IMG/VR virus record: IMGVR_UViG_3300028840_006985
Source: a virus
Taxonomy: Duplodnaviria > Heunggongvirae > Uroviricota > Caudoviricetes
Reading direction: 5' to 3' (one strand)
Length of the DNA: 64,000 bases
Position numbers and translations under genes: made by a program. The notes under the pieces were generated by a model, which was not told where the DNA came from, ran no database searches, and saw only the letters and a list, made by a program, of their open reading frames with translations. This document shows, one piece after another, positions 26,437 through 34,710 of this stretch; position 1 is the stretch's first letter, and every line of letters begins with the position of its first letter.

Positions 26437-26916
26437 ATGACTAAAGATTTTTTTGGAGAAGTTTTAGAAAAAATTGAAAAAGAAGTAAAAGAAGCAAAAA
26501 AAAAGGAAGAGATAGAGAAAATAAAAATGGAAAGAACCTTAGAAGAGGCAATACGACCTTTAAGTCGAGTTACTACCTTGGTGTATATTCTTAAAAAGAA
26601 GGGAATCTTAACTGATGTTGACATTGATGAGTATCAGTCTTTTTCTGATGCGCTAATGAAAAATTTAATTTCTTTTAATATGATAATAGCTGAAATAATG
26701 ATTAAAGACGAAGAAGGAGATTTTATTGATGATTTGGACGAGGATGGAATTAAAGAATATATAAAAAAGACAAGTGACTGTATAAATGCCGGACAATGGA
26801 TTATTGATAATTGTTGTAATGAGTTTTTTAATTTGGAAGAAGTTGAAAGTTTTAAAACAGTAATTAATCAAGTGATAGAAATAAGGACAAAATTGGAAAA
26901 CAATGTCAAGATATGA
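26437..26916 (+). CDS. hypothetical acidic protein
   Basis: ORF track. Confidence 0.5.
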   Translation: MTKDFFGEVLEKIEKEVKEAKKKEEIEKIKMERTLEEAIRPLSRVTTLVYILKKKGILTDVDIDEYQSFSDALMKNLISFNMIIAEIMIKDEEGDFIDDLDEDGIKEYIKKTSDCINAGQWIIDNCCNEFFNLEEVESFKTVINQVIEIRTKLENNVKI

Positions 26917-27115
26917 TGACGGATATATCCAATTTAATGATGTACAGGTGGTAAAAATTACTCCTTATGCTTGCTTGTTGGAAATAAATGATAATGAGTT
27001 TTGGATCCCGTTTTCAAATATTAACCAAGAGGAATCTGATATAATAGTTGAAGGCAATATTGGAACGGTTTTTATTAAAGAATGGTTAGTAAAAAAAGAA
27101 CACATTGGAGAGTAA
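26903..27115 (+). CDS. hypothetical protein
   Basis: ORF track. Confidence 0.4.
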   Translation: MSRYDDGYIQFNDVQVVKITPYACLLEINDNEFWIPFSNINQEESDIIVEGNIGTVFIKEWLVKKEHIGE

Positions 27116-27302
27116 AAGAATGGATTGTGTAACTATTGAATGTGCTAAATGTGGTGGTATAAATATTTCATATAAGAAAGAATTGACCTATAAGGTTCAA
27201 AGAATGAAAAATGCTATTGATGCTACATTTTCATGTACCTGTGGTCATACATGGAGCGGACGAAAATATAACAACTTAAAGTATAACAATTTAGATTTTT
27301 AA
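27105..27302 (+). CDS. small zinc-ribbon protein
   Basis: CAKCGG...CTCGHTW. Confidence 0.4.
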   Translation: MESKRMDCVTIECAKCGGINISYKKELTYKVQRMKNAIDATFSCTCGHTWSGRKYNNLKYNNLDF

Positions 27303-27319
27303 GGGTAAAGGAATGGCGA

Positions 27320-27727
27320 ATGACTAGTAATAAAAAAGAATTATTACAAGAAATGGTTGAGGTTTTTTCCGATGCTACAAAATTTCAAAAGAAGCTTAAA
27401 GAATTTAAAGGAAGAATAGAAAATGTTGACAAACGATTAGCATTGGATATTGATGGTATTTTGAACGGCATAGAACAGTTAGTGGATTCATGTTGTACTC
27501 GGACGGAAGCATGTTTGCATAAAGACGAAGATATGGAAAAAATAATTAAGAGGTTAGACAGGAAAGAGTCAGGAGAAGACACTCTTAGCCCTGACTTTAT
27601 GATTCATTCTGTGAATCATAAAAATGGACGATTGGATGACGAGATTGAAGCTTTAAGGACTGCAGTTAATCTTGCAGAAGATAGTCTTTTTTATTATATT
27701 ATTCCAGAGGTTAAAGGAACTTGTTAA
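27320..27727 (+). CDS. hypothetical protein
   Basis: ORF track. Confidence 0.45.
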   Translation: MTSNKKELLQEMVEVFSDATKFQKKLKEFKGRIENVDKRLALDIDGILNGIEQLVDSCCTRTEACLHKDEDMEKIIKRLDRKESGEDTLSPDFMIHSVNHKNGRLDDEIEALRTAVNLAEDSLFYYIIPEVKGTC

Positions 27728-28046
27728 TATGTCAGATCAAAAATTCAAAAAAAACGATATTGTAAAGTATATTTTTAACGGAAGCAAGGGTAAAATAGTT
27801 GATCATAGAATTATTGGTGGAACTAATGAGTATTTAGTTAAATTTAAAAAATATATTCCTGATTGGGTTGGTGAGCCTTACTTAGAAAAATGTGAATGCG
27901 ACTGTAATAATGATGATGATAATGATGGATGTGGTACTTGCAATGTATATATTGGCAAAGATTCAACGGATTATGAATTTAGAATAAAAGATGGTATAGT
28001 TCGGCATATATTGGCAAAGATTCAACGGATTATGAATTTAGAATAA
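27672..28046 (+). CDS. hypothetical protein whose 3' end is altered by a 59-bp tandem duplication
   Basis: ORF track. The true start may be the MSDQKF ATG near 27729. The C-terminus reads through the duplicated copy in a shifted frame. Confidence 0.4.
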   Translation: MQKIVFFIILFQRLKELVNMSDQKFKKNDIVKYIFNGSKGKIVDHRIIGGTNEYLVKFKKYIPDWVGEPYLEKCECDCNNDDDNDGCGTCNVYIGKDSTDYEFRIKDGIVRHILAKIQRIMNLE

Positions 28047-28066
28047 AAGATGGTATAGTTCGGCAT
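27949..28066. repeat. perfect 59-bp tandem duplication (2 copies)
   Basis: atattggcaaagattcaacggattatgaatttagaataaaagatggtatagttcggcat at 27949-28007 and again at 28008-28066. Confidence 0.9.
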
Positions 28067-28116
28067 TTTTTTTAATATAAATATTTTAAGAAAGGGGAGA
28101 CAATTTTAGGAGAAGA

Positions 28117-28419
28117 ATGATGAACATATTTAATAAAGGCGATCAAGTTCATTGGAGTAGTCAATCTAATGGTACAAATCTGATCAAAAGTGGAATAGTT
28201 ATTGCTATAATAAAAGCAGGTGAATGTCCTCCTGTGCCTCAAAATTATTTAAAGACTCACAGGGTTCAGTATGCTGGAATTCGGCCTCGAAATCATACAT
28301 CTTATTTAATTGAGGTTAAGAGGTATAGTAAAAAAGGAAAAGAGTTAGAAAAACCTTTTATTTATTGGCCAAAGACCGGAGATCTACAGCAAGGTCGTTT
28401 TGTCCCATCTCACCAATAG
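28117..28419 (+). CDS. hypothetical protein
   Basis: ORF track. RBS GGAG upstream, and a TATAAATA box at 28073. Confidence 0.5.
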   Translation: MMNIFNKGDQVHWSSQSNGTNLIKSGIVIAIIKAGECPPVPQNYLKTHRVQYAGIRPRNHTSYLIEVKRYSKKGKELEKPFIYWPKTGDLQQGRFVPSHQ

Positions 28420-28542
28420 ACATATCTTTTAATACTTGTATTAAAAATTACATCAAATTAAGATAGAGTTAAAAAAATTGACTTATTAGACGTCAAATGG
28501 AATACTAAGATAATCATACCTCATATTAAAAAGGAATAAAAA

Positions 28543-28755
28543 ATGAAAATGAGTGAAAGTTTATCAAACCCGTTTAATCAAAATATTGACTATGTTATAG
28601 GTGTTTTTTGGCAATCATTAAAACATCAAGCAAAATGGTCTTTTGGTAGGTACAGTCCACTATCTTTTTCTATCAGATCCGTCATTAAAGCTACTAAGTA
28701 TGCATGGAAAAGCAGAAAAGAAGTAGCCGCAAGACATTTTTTTTCCACCTATTAA
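28543..28755 (+). CDS. hypothetical protein
   Basis: ORF track. Confidence 0.4.
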   Translation: MKMSESLSNPFNQNIDYVIGVFWQSLKHQAKWSFGRYSPLSFSIRSVIKATKYAWKSRKEVAARHFFSTY

Positions 28756-28764
28756 GGAGTTAGT

Positions 28765-29352
28765 ATGAAATCATTAGCGAAAATTGTTAAGTTTCCGTCA
28801 GTCAATCAATCTACTGTTATTAACGAAATAGATTATATATGTAATAATTTGTTTTCTGAGACAGTAGATGAATTGATAGATTTAAAGGGTAAAATAGCAG
28901 AACTAAAAAAGTGTTATGAGGAAAATCAGGAACGATTAAGAAACGAGGCACGACTGACTTGGTCTCAAGATGGTAAGCTGCAAAATATTAGATTTGGTGG
29001 CAAAAAAGGTCATGTAACGGTTTCCTCTAAGGTAAAACCTAAAAAAGTGTCAAAGGTAGATGAGGACAAATTTATCAACCAGTATGGAAAGAAGGCTTTT
29101 CAATGTATTTTCAGAAGAGATGTCAATGTTGCAATAACGGGTTCGACTGAAGATTTTATTCGAAAAGCTTATGATAGCAATTTTCCAATTGAAGACTTCT
29201 TCGATATTACAGAGGTGATTATCCCTCAAGAAGACTGTTTTCAATGGTTAAATGCTTCAGGGCTATCATTGCAAGATATTGACGGAATAGAAGCCGATTT
29301 GTGGGCCCTTCATAGTACTCCTGGAGTGACAGTTACCAAGAAGGATAAATAA
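28765..29352 (+). CDS. hypothetical protein
   Basis: ORF track. Confidence 0.5.
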   Translation: MKSLAKIVKFPSVNQSTVINEIDYICNNLFSETVDELIDLKGKIAELKKCYEENQERLRNEARLTWSQDGKLQNIRFGGKKGHVTVSSKVKPKKVSKVDEDKFINQYGKKAFQCIFRRDVNVAITGSTEDFIRKAYDSNFPIEDFFDITEVIIPQEDCFQWLNASGLSLQDIDGIEADLWALHSTPGVTVTKKDK

Positions 29353-29355
29353 AAA

Positions 29356-29583
29356 ATGGAAGTTGTTATACCTGATAACATGGCCTGGATCTTATATGTA
29401 ATTATTTATTTTATCATTGGGTTGGTTGTAGCAAGGATTGCTTACGGTATTAATAATGGTTTCAAAGAAAGGCCAAATTTTGCGACTTATACTTTTTTAC
29501 CATTGTGTTGGCCTATTTTATTATTTATAGGTATTGCTATTTTTTTAATGAATCTATTTTCTTTGTCTATGGGAGATGAATAA
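29356..29583 (+). CDS. small membrane protein (2 TM)
   Basis: Hydrophobic stretches ILYVIIYFIIGLVVARIAY and LPLCWPILLFIGIAIFLMNLF. Confidence 0.5.
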   Translation: MEVVIPDNMAWILYVIIYFIIGLVVARIAYGINNGFKERPNFATYTFLPLCWPILLFIGIAIFLMNLFSLSMGDE

Positions 29584-29854
29584 AATGGGAAAAGATTTTG
29601 GTAAATTTAACAACGATCAAACAATAGAAATGAAGATGTCTTTCAATAAAGACGTGTGGGTAACAATTTCACAAGTGGTCGACTCTTGTGATATGAAGGG
29701 ATTTTTTGAAGAAACATCCGTAATGGAAATAAAAAATATTGGCTGTTTGGTGAGAGTGACTCACCATCAGGGTATAGCGTTAACATTTGTACCAAATGTT
29801 AAGATTGGTCAAGACAAGCATGGTAATAAAAAACTTATTGCCTTATATATTTAA
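29576..29854 (+). CDS. hypothetical protein
   Basis: ORF track. Confidence 0.45.
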   Translation: MNKMGKDFGKFNNDQTIEMKMSFNKDVWVTISQVVDSCDMKGFFEETSVMEIKNIGCLVRVTHHQGIALTFVPNVKIGQDKHGNKKLIALYI

Positions 29855-29867
29855 GCGGTACGGTATT

Positions 29868-29981
29868 ATGGATTATTATAATAGTTATATGGTTAAAATT
29901 TTAATATTTGTTGCAGTCAGTTTTTTTGGACTTGCCACAGGATATATTGGGTGTTCGACCATTCTGTCAATCATGGGGTGA
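29868..29981 (+). CDS. small membrane peptide (37 aa; trimmed from ORF 29787..29981)
   Basis: MDYYNSYMVKILIFVAVSFFGLATGYIGCSTILSIMG. The upstream part of the ORF overlaps its neighbour out of frame. Confidence 0.3.
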   Translation: MDYYNSYMVKILIFVAVSFFGLATGYIGCSTILSIMG

Positions 29982-29985
29982 AAAA

Positions 29986-30246
29986 ATGAATAAAGAAGCT
30001 TTTATAAATCAACCATTAAGAGATGACGCAAAATTAGTGGTTGACGAATCAAGGATTAATACTCTTACTGAAGGAGAAGAAATATTTTTAGGCCGTGTAT
30101 TTGAGATTTGGCCAACCAAATCAACCGAACAAGTAGTTAAACTGGTGGCATCTTTGAGTAATTATTTACATTCTAAAGGTTGTTGCCTGCTGTCGGGGGT
30201 GGGTTGTTACAATAAATTATATGCGCAACGTGTCAGCAAGGAATAA
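29986..30246 (+). CDS. hypothetical protein (start trimmed to MNKEAF at 29986)
   Basis: In-frame ATG preceded by GGGGTGA. Avoids overlap with the upstream ORFs. Confidence 0.4.
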   Translation: MNKEAFINQPLRDDAKLVVDESRINTLTEGEEIFLGRVFEIWPTKSTEQVVKLVASLSNYLHSKGCCLLSGVGCYNKLYAQRVSKE

Positions 30247-30430
30247 AAAGCGTAAAATTACAATTTTGTTAATAATAATTGCCGGAGTTATAGTAACAAC
30301 AGCCCTGAGTATGACAGATTTTTTTAATTTTATTTTATCATTAATGGACAATGTAATATTTGATTTTTTAAAAGCGTTAACAGGGGTTGTTGTAATAAAA
30401 TATCTAATAACACCTTGTGAGTTAGATTAA
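30221..30430 (+). CDS. small membrane protein
   Basis: ITILLIIIAGVIVTTALSM hydrophobic segment. Confidence 0.4.
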   Translation: MRNVSARNKKRKITILLIIIAGVIVTTALSMTDFFNFILSLMDNVIFDFLKALTGVVVIKYLITPCELD

Positions 30431-30431
30431 A

Positions 30432-31121
30432 ATGAGTAAAGAAATTTGGGTTAAATTAAGCGGCTATAAGTACGAATATGAAGTATCCAATTATGGTTAT
30501 GTTAAATATTTAAAAAAAGGTAATTATGTTTATTTAACCAGAAGAGGAGGACAAAAAAGGGTTTTCTATACTTTTGTTTTGCAAGATGGAAAAACAAAAA
30601 ATGTCTCAGTAGGCAAATTGATATTGACAACTTTTAAAGATCCAGGGTGTCAAGGATTACATGCTGCATATAAAGATGATGATTTTCGCAATTGTCATCT
30701 TGATAACTTATACTGGACGCTTCCATCTGGATTGACCGAACAAAATGTGGTTGATCTTAGAGAGGAGCAACGCAAGGGAGTGTCTTTAAAAGATTTATCA
30801 AAAAAATATGGTTTACATTTTCGTAGTATTAAAGACATAATTGACGGTCGCGTGTGGCCAACAGCGGGGAAGCATTTAAAAAAAGATAAGGAGGTTAAAG
30901 CTAAGCAAGAGGTTAAAGCTAAGCAAGAGGTTAAAGCTAAGCAAGAGGTTAAAGTTAAGCAAGTTAAGCAAAAAACTAACAAAGAATTAAAGAGGACAAA
31001 AAAGGAAATAAAAACTTTTTTAGTTTCTTCTGGTGAAAGAAGTCTTGTTATGGCAAGAATAGCCAAAGTTGAAGAGATGTGTGATGGTATTTTTCGTGAT
31101 GGAAATACTTATTTGTTTTAA
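30432..31121 (+). CDS. HNH homing endonuclease-like protein (NUMOD4 plus HNH_3) with a KAKQEV tandem repeat
   Basis: N-terminal WVKLSGYKYEYEVSNYGYVK (NUMOD4). NCHLDNLYW (HNH_3). An 18-nt repeat gaggttaaagctaagcaa x3 at about 30888-30960. Confidence 0.5.
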   Translation: MSKEIWVKLSGYKYEYEVSNYGYVKYLKKGNYVYLTRRGGQKRVFYTFVLQDGKTKNVSVGKLILTTFKDPGCQGLHAAYKDDDFRNCHLDNLYWTLPSGLTEQNVVDLREEQRKGVSLKDLSKKYGLHFRSIKDIIDGRVWPTAGKHLKKDKEVKAKQEVKAKQEVKAKQEVKVKQVKQKTNKELKRTKKEIKTFLVSSGERSLVMARIAKVEEMCDGIFRDGNTYLF

Positions 31122-31139
31122 AAAAGATAGGAGAGAATA

Positions 31140-32396
31140 ATGGATTTTGATTTATCAAGAAAAAGCACTTGGGGTTTAATAATAGCAGTAGGAATTATTG
31201 GTTTATTATTAATATGTTGGGGTAGGATGTTCGAAACTAATTCGGCAGGGTTTATGCAAGTAAAACAAGCAGCAATAACGGGAAATTTGTCCTGTAAAAG
31301 CAAACCTGGAATGTATCTCCAACTGTTCGGTGATATTTTCACTTATCCTGAAGCCACGACGTTTTACTTTACAGTTGATAAGGAAACCGGAGAAAAAAGA
31401 GATCAATCTTTACCTACTCGATTTAATGATGGAGCTAGGGCAAGCGTATCTGGCTCAGTCCGCGTTATATTGCCAACTGATTGTGAAGATCTAAAGCTTT
31501 TACATCGGAAGTTTAAAAGCGCTAAGGGAGTAATGGCGAAATTAGTTTTACCGGCCGTTCGTAAGGCATTATTTAATACAGGTCCCCATATGAGTGCAGC
31601 GGAAAGTTTTGCTGAGCGACGTGGTGAATTTGCTGCATTAGTTGAAAATCAGCTAGTCAATGGGATTATCCTAGTAGAGAAAATTCAAGAGATAAAACCA
31701 GATCTTATTACTGGAGAGAATAAAAAAATATGGGTATTAGTGAAAAAGCGATGCAGTGTGCTAGTAGATAAAGAGAGTTGCATTGATGGATATTTACGTG
31801 ATCGTGCTGCATTTTTAGATTTCAATGTAAAAGTTATCAATTTGGTTATTGACAATATTACGTATTCTCCTAAAGTGTTGGAACAAATTGAAACTCAACG
31901 AAAAGCACGGATGGATATTATTACTCAGCAAGCACAGGCAAAACAAGCGGAAGCGCGTGCAGCGAAGGCTAACGCGGAAGCTAAGGCGCAAATCGCTGAG
32001 ACACGAGCCAAGGAAGAGGTTCAGAAAACACAGCGTGTCGTACGGGCTGAGGCGGACAAGGAAGAAGCTATTTTAAGAGCACAGAAGAAAAAAGAAGTGG
32101 CTTTTCTTGATTTAGCTGCAGCTGAATTAGAGAAAAAAGCTAATATTTTACGCGGTGAAGGTGAAGCATCCCGTCGACGAGCTATTATGCACGCTGATGG
32201 AGCCTTATCTCAAAAATTAGAAGTTATGGCTCAGATTCATCAATATTATGCAGACGCTTTAGCCCATGCCAAACCTGGCGCTTTAGTTCCTCAGACGGTC
32301 ATTGGTCAAGGAAAATCTTCCTCAGCTAACGATTTAATCCAATTGTTACTTGTGAAAACAGCTAAGGATTTGAATATAAATTCTAAATTAAAATAA
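31140..32396 (+). CDS. SPFH/band-7 (flotillin/HflKC-like) membrane protein
   Basis: N-terminal TM helix LIIAVGIIGLLLICW. Central SPFH-like region. C-terminal Ala/Glu/Lys-rich coiled coil QAQAKQAEARAAKANAEAKAQIAETRAKEE. Confidence 0.6.
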   Translation: MDFDLSRKSTWGLIIAVGIIGLLLICWGRMFETNSAGFMQVKQAAITGNLSCKSKPGMYLQLFGDIFTYPEATTFYFTVDKETGEKRDQSLPTRFNDGARASVSGSVRVILPTDCEDLKLLHRKFKSAKGVMAKLVLPAVRKALFNTGPHMSAAESFAERRGEFAALVENQLVNGIILVEKIQEIKPDLITGENKKIWVLVKKRCSVLVDKESCIDGYLRDRAAFLDFNVKVINLVIDNITYSPKVLEQIETQRKARMDIITQQAQAKQAEARAAKANAEAKAQIAETRAKEEVQKTQRVVRAEADKEEAILRAQKKKEVAFLDLAAAELEKKANILRGEGEASRRRAIMHADGALSQKLEVMAQIHQYYADALAHAKPGALVPQTVIGQGKSSSANDLIQLLLVKTAKDLNINSKLK

Positions 32397-32462
32397 CATT
32401 TATTCCTATCTGTAACTTACCTTACATTCTTTTCAATAATAGTTAATCTAAAAAAGAAAATA

Positions 32463-32493
32463 TTGACTTATATCTGCAGATGTGCAATATTAA
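32463..32493 (+). promoter_or_regulatory. sigma70-like promoter (TTGACT ... TATTAA) with the palindrome ATCTGCAGAT between the elements
   Basis: TTGACT at 32463-32468. Palindrome 32472-32481. -10-like TATTAA at 32488-32493. RBS AAGGAG lies before ORF 32533. Confidence 0.5.
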
Positions 32494-32532
32494 TAAGACA
32501 TAATTTTTCACTAAAAGGAGATATAAGAAAAT

Positions 32533-32853
32533 ATGTTACAATTGATATACTTTTTGTTGATTTGTTTTGGAATGACTAATATTGTTACAGGTAGTAATCT
32601 TAGAGTTTTTAAGTTTCTAAGGAAGAAGTCTAACCTTTTCAAATGTTCAATGTGTTTTGGGTTCTGGATAGGGGTGGTGTTAGGGGTATTTAATTTCATA
32701 ACTCCTGCTAATTTATTATCTATTCAGATTTATTATCCATGTTATCCATTTGTAAAATGGTTTATAAATGGATTTACTTGTGGGGTGATCAGCTCAGGAT
32801 GGTGTTGGATCATAAGGGTGTTATTACATGCGTTAAAAGAAGATCAAATTTAA
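32533..32853 (+). CDS. membrane protein (multiple TM)
   Basis: Hydrophobic segments LIYFLLICFGMTNIVTG and FGFWIGVVLGVFNFI. Confidence 0.5.
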   Translation: MLQLIYFLLICFGMTNIVTGSNLRVFKFLRKKSNLFKCSMCFGFWIGVVLGVFNFITPANLLSIQIYYPCYPFVKWFINGFTCGVISSGWCWIIRVLLHALKEDQI

Positions 32854-32864
32854 AAGGAGAAAAA

Positions 32865-33287
32865 ATGGGATTTGCAGCATTTTTAACTACTGTGGGAGTT
32901 TTAATTCTATCTGTAGCGTTTATGATAGAATGTTTTATTATTGCTAAATTTATAGAAACTGTTTGGAATGGGGTTTTGCTTTGTGCTCAATTCACGTTTG
33001 GAACAATTATTACTATTATAGGAGGTGTAACATATTATAACTGTTGGGCAATCAATCTAAGGTATTCTTATGAGGGAATGCGGCAAGAGGTTAAAAGCCT
33101 AATAACAGAGAGAACAGTTTTAGAGCAGCAATTGAGAAGAGTAGAAAGAGAATCACAAGAAAGGTTAGAAGGATTACAAAAAGAAATTAAAGTAGTACAA
33201 AAGGAATCCAACCTATTAATGGATATTCCAGATCATTTTTTTTTAAACCAAATGAAAACAAGAAATTTAGGTGAAGTCAATGATTAA
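32865..33287 (+). CDS. membrane protein with a C-terminal coiled coil (start trimmed to MGFAAFL; RBS AAGGAG)
   Basis: AAGGAG at 32854-32859, then the ATG at 32865. Two TM segments, then a charged coiled coil. Confidence 0.5.
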   Translation: MGFAAFLTTVGVLILSVAFMIECFIIAKFIETVWNGVLLCAQFTFGTIITIIGGVTYYNCWAINLRYSYEGMRQEVKSLITERTVLEQQLRRVERESQERLEGLQKEIKVVQKESNLLMDIPDHFFLNQMKTRNLGEVND

Positions 33288-33477
33288 AAAGACCAATGCC
33301 TCCATGACGGGGGCTATAAATTCCCTAGTGGAGAAATACAATAAACTGAAAAAAGAAAGCAATTTTCTTAAAAAGCAAATTCAGGAAAAAAATGCTGATG
33401 TCCAGGCAATTAAAAGCTATCTTGAATATGGCTTACATGAAGATGCCTTAAATTATATAAGATTTAAAGCAATATAA
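33271..33477 (+). CDS. small hypothetical coiled-coil protein
   Basis: ORF track. Confidence 0.35.
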   Translation: MKSMIKKTNASMTGAINSLVEKYNKLKKESNFLKKQIQEKNADVQAIKSYLEYGLHEDALNYIRFKAI

Positions 33478-33478
33478 A

Positions 33479-34177
33479 ATGGTAGAATGGAAGCCGTTGC
33501 GGGGCTATGAGTTATATCTAATATCATCAAATGGGGATATTAAAGATTTAATGACTGATCGATATCTGGTTGCGAGTTATCAAGAAAGTGGTCCAAGTGT
33601 ATTGCTTTTTAGTGAGAATGGATATACTCGCTGTAAAGTAGCAGATTTGGTTTTAAAAACTTTTTTGCGTCTCCCCGAAAAAGATGAGATTCTCTTTTTT
33701 TTTGATGGTAATTGTAATAATGTAAATATTTCTAATCTTTCATGGAAAAAAAAGAAAGAGGAAGTTGTTAAAAAAAAGCAGCAAATTGCCGATGATTATG
33801 TCTGTGCAATCAAATGTTCATTTTATTCGGGGAGCCGAAAGATTTCGCAATTAGCAGATTGTTATGATTTGGAAATTGAAGACATAAAAGATATTTTATT
33901 TAATCCTTGTTGGAACTATATTGATATTCCTGGAACGAAGATAATCGATAATAATGGTAAAAAAATTCCAGATAGAAAATTGCCTGAATTGGCGGTCTTT
34001 CTTAGAAAATGTAATAAGTATTATAAAAAACGGAAAATAGACAAAGGAGATATTGAAGAGGGTAAAAACGAAGAAGAAGAATATGATGATTATGAAAAAG
34101 AACTCCCTGAAATGTCATTAAGAGAATTTAGGAACTTTATAAGAAATAAAAATGGAGATGATAATGAAAAAAAATGA
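33479..34177 (+). CDS. second NUMOD4/HNH-like homing-endonuclease-like protein
   Basis: WKPLRGYELYLISSNGDIKD (NUMOD4-like) and GNCNNVNISNLSW (HNH_3-like). Acidic C-terminus. Confidence 0.35.
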   Translation: MVEWKPLRGYELYLISSNGDIKDLMTDRYLVASYQESGPSVLLFSENGYTRCKVADLVLKTFLRLPEKDEILFFFDGNCNNVNISNLSWKKKKEEVVKKKQQIADDYVCAIKCSFYSGSRKISQLADCYDLEIEDIKDILFNPCWNYIDIPGTKIIDNNGKKIPDRKLPELAVFLRKCNKYYKKRKIDKGDIEEGKNEEEEYDDYEKELPEMSLREFRNFIRNKNGDDNEKK

Positions 34178-34679
34178 CAATTTTATGTTAAAGAAGCAAA
34201 TAATTAAATATTTAGAACAAAAGCAGACTGCCAGTATTCATGATATTGTGATTAATACAGGTCAAGTTATACATAACATAAGAAAAGTACTTGAAGAATT
34301 AATTTTTTTAGGTTTTTTAAGAAAGGATAATAAACAAACAGATGCTTATGATCTATGTTTAGGAAGAAACTATAAAAAGAATCAATCTTGTTATAGCTTA
34401 GTAAAATATCCTCAAAGTGATATTGATTTATTTCCAAAAAAGATAAAATACGTAGCCAGTAAAGTACAAGATCTTATCCAAGAACGCGGAGAAATGAGCA
34501 TACCTCAAATTTCTATTGAGTTGAAAATTTCTCAACATTATGCAGGTCAAGTTTTGAAGAAATTAGAACAAAAAGGAAAGCTTGTTAGAGTTGTTAAGCC
34601 ACAACGAACAGAAGAGGAGGTAAGAAGGAGGGTTAGAACAGTGGGAAGAAAAATGAGTTTTTTTTCCGTAAAGTGTTAA
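34152..34679 (+). CDS. putative DNA-binding protein with two winged-helix-like segments
   Basis: IIKYLEQKQTASIHDIV...LEELIFLGFLRK, and a second segment IPQISIELKISQHYAGQVLKKLEQKGKLVRV. Confidence 0.35.
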   Translation: MEMIMKKNDNFMLKKQIIKYLEQKQTASIHDIVINTGQVIHNIRKVLEELIFLGFLRKDNKQTDAYDLCLGRNYKKNQSCYSLVKYPQSDIDLFPKKIKYVASKVQDLIQERGEMSIPQISIELKISQHYAGQVLKKLEQKGKLVRVVKPQRTEEEVRRRVRTVGRKMSFFSVKC

Positions 34680-34710
34680 TACAATTGGATTATGCATGGG
34701 AGGTTAACAA

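Noticed and set aside
27949-28066. Possible DGR template/variable repeat pair
   Set aside because: The copies are 100% identical with no adenine-specific differences, lie directly in tandem, and no reverse transcriptase (YxDD) ORF is seen in the window.
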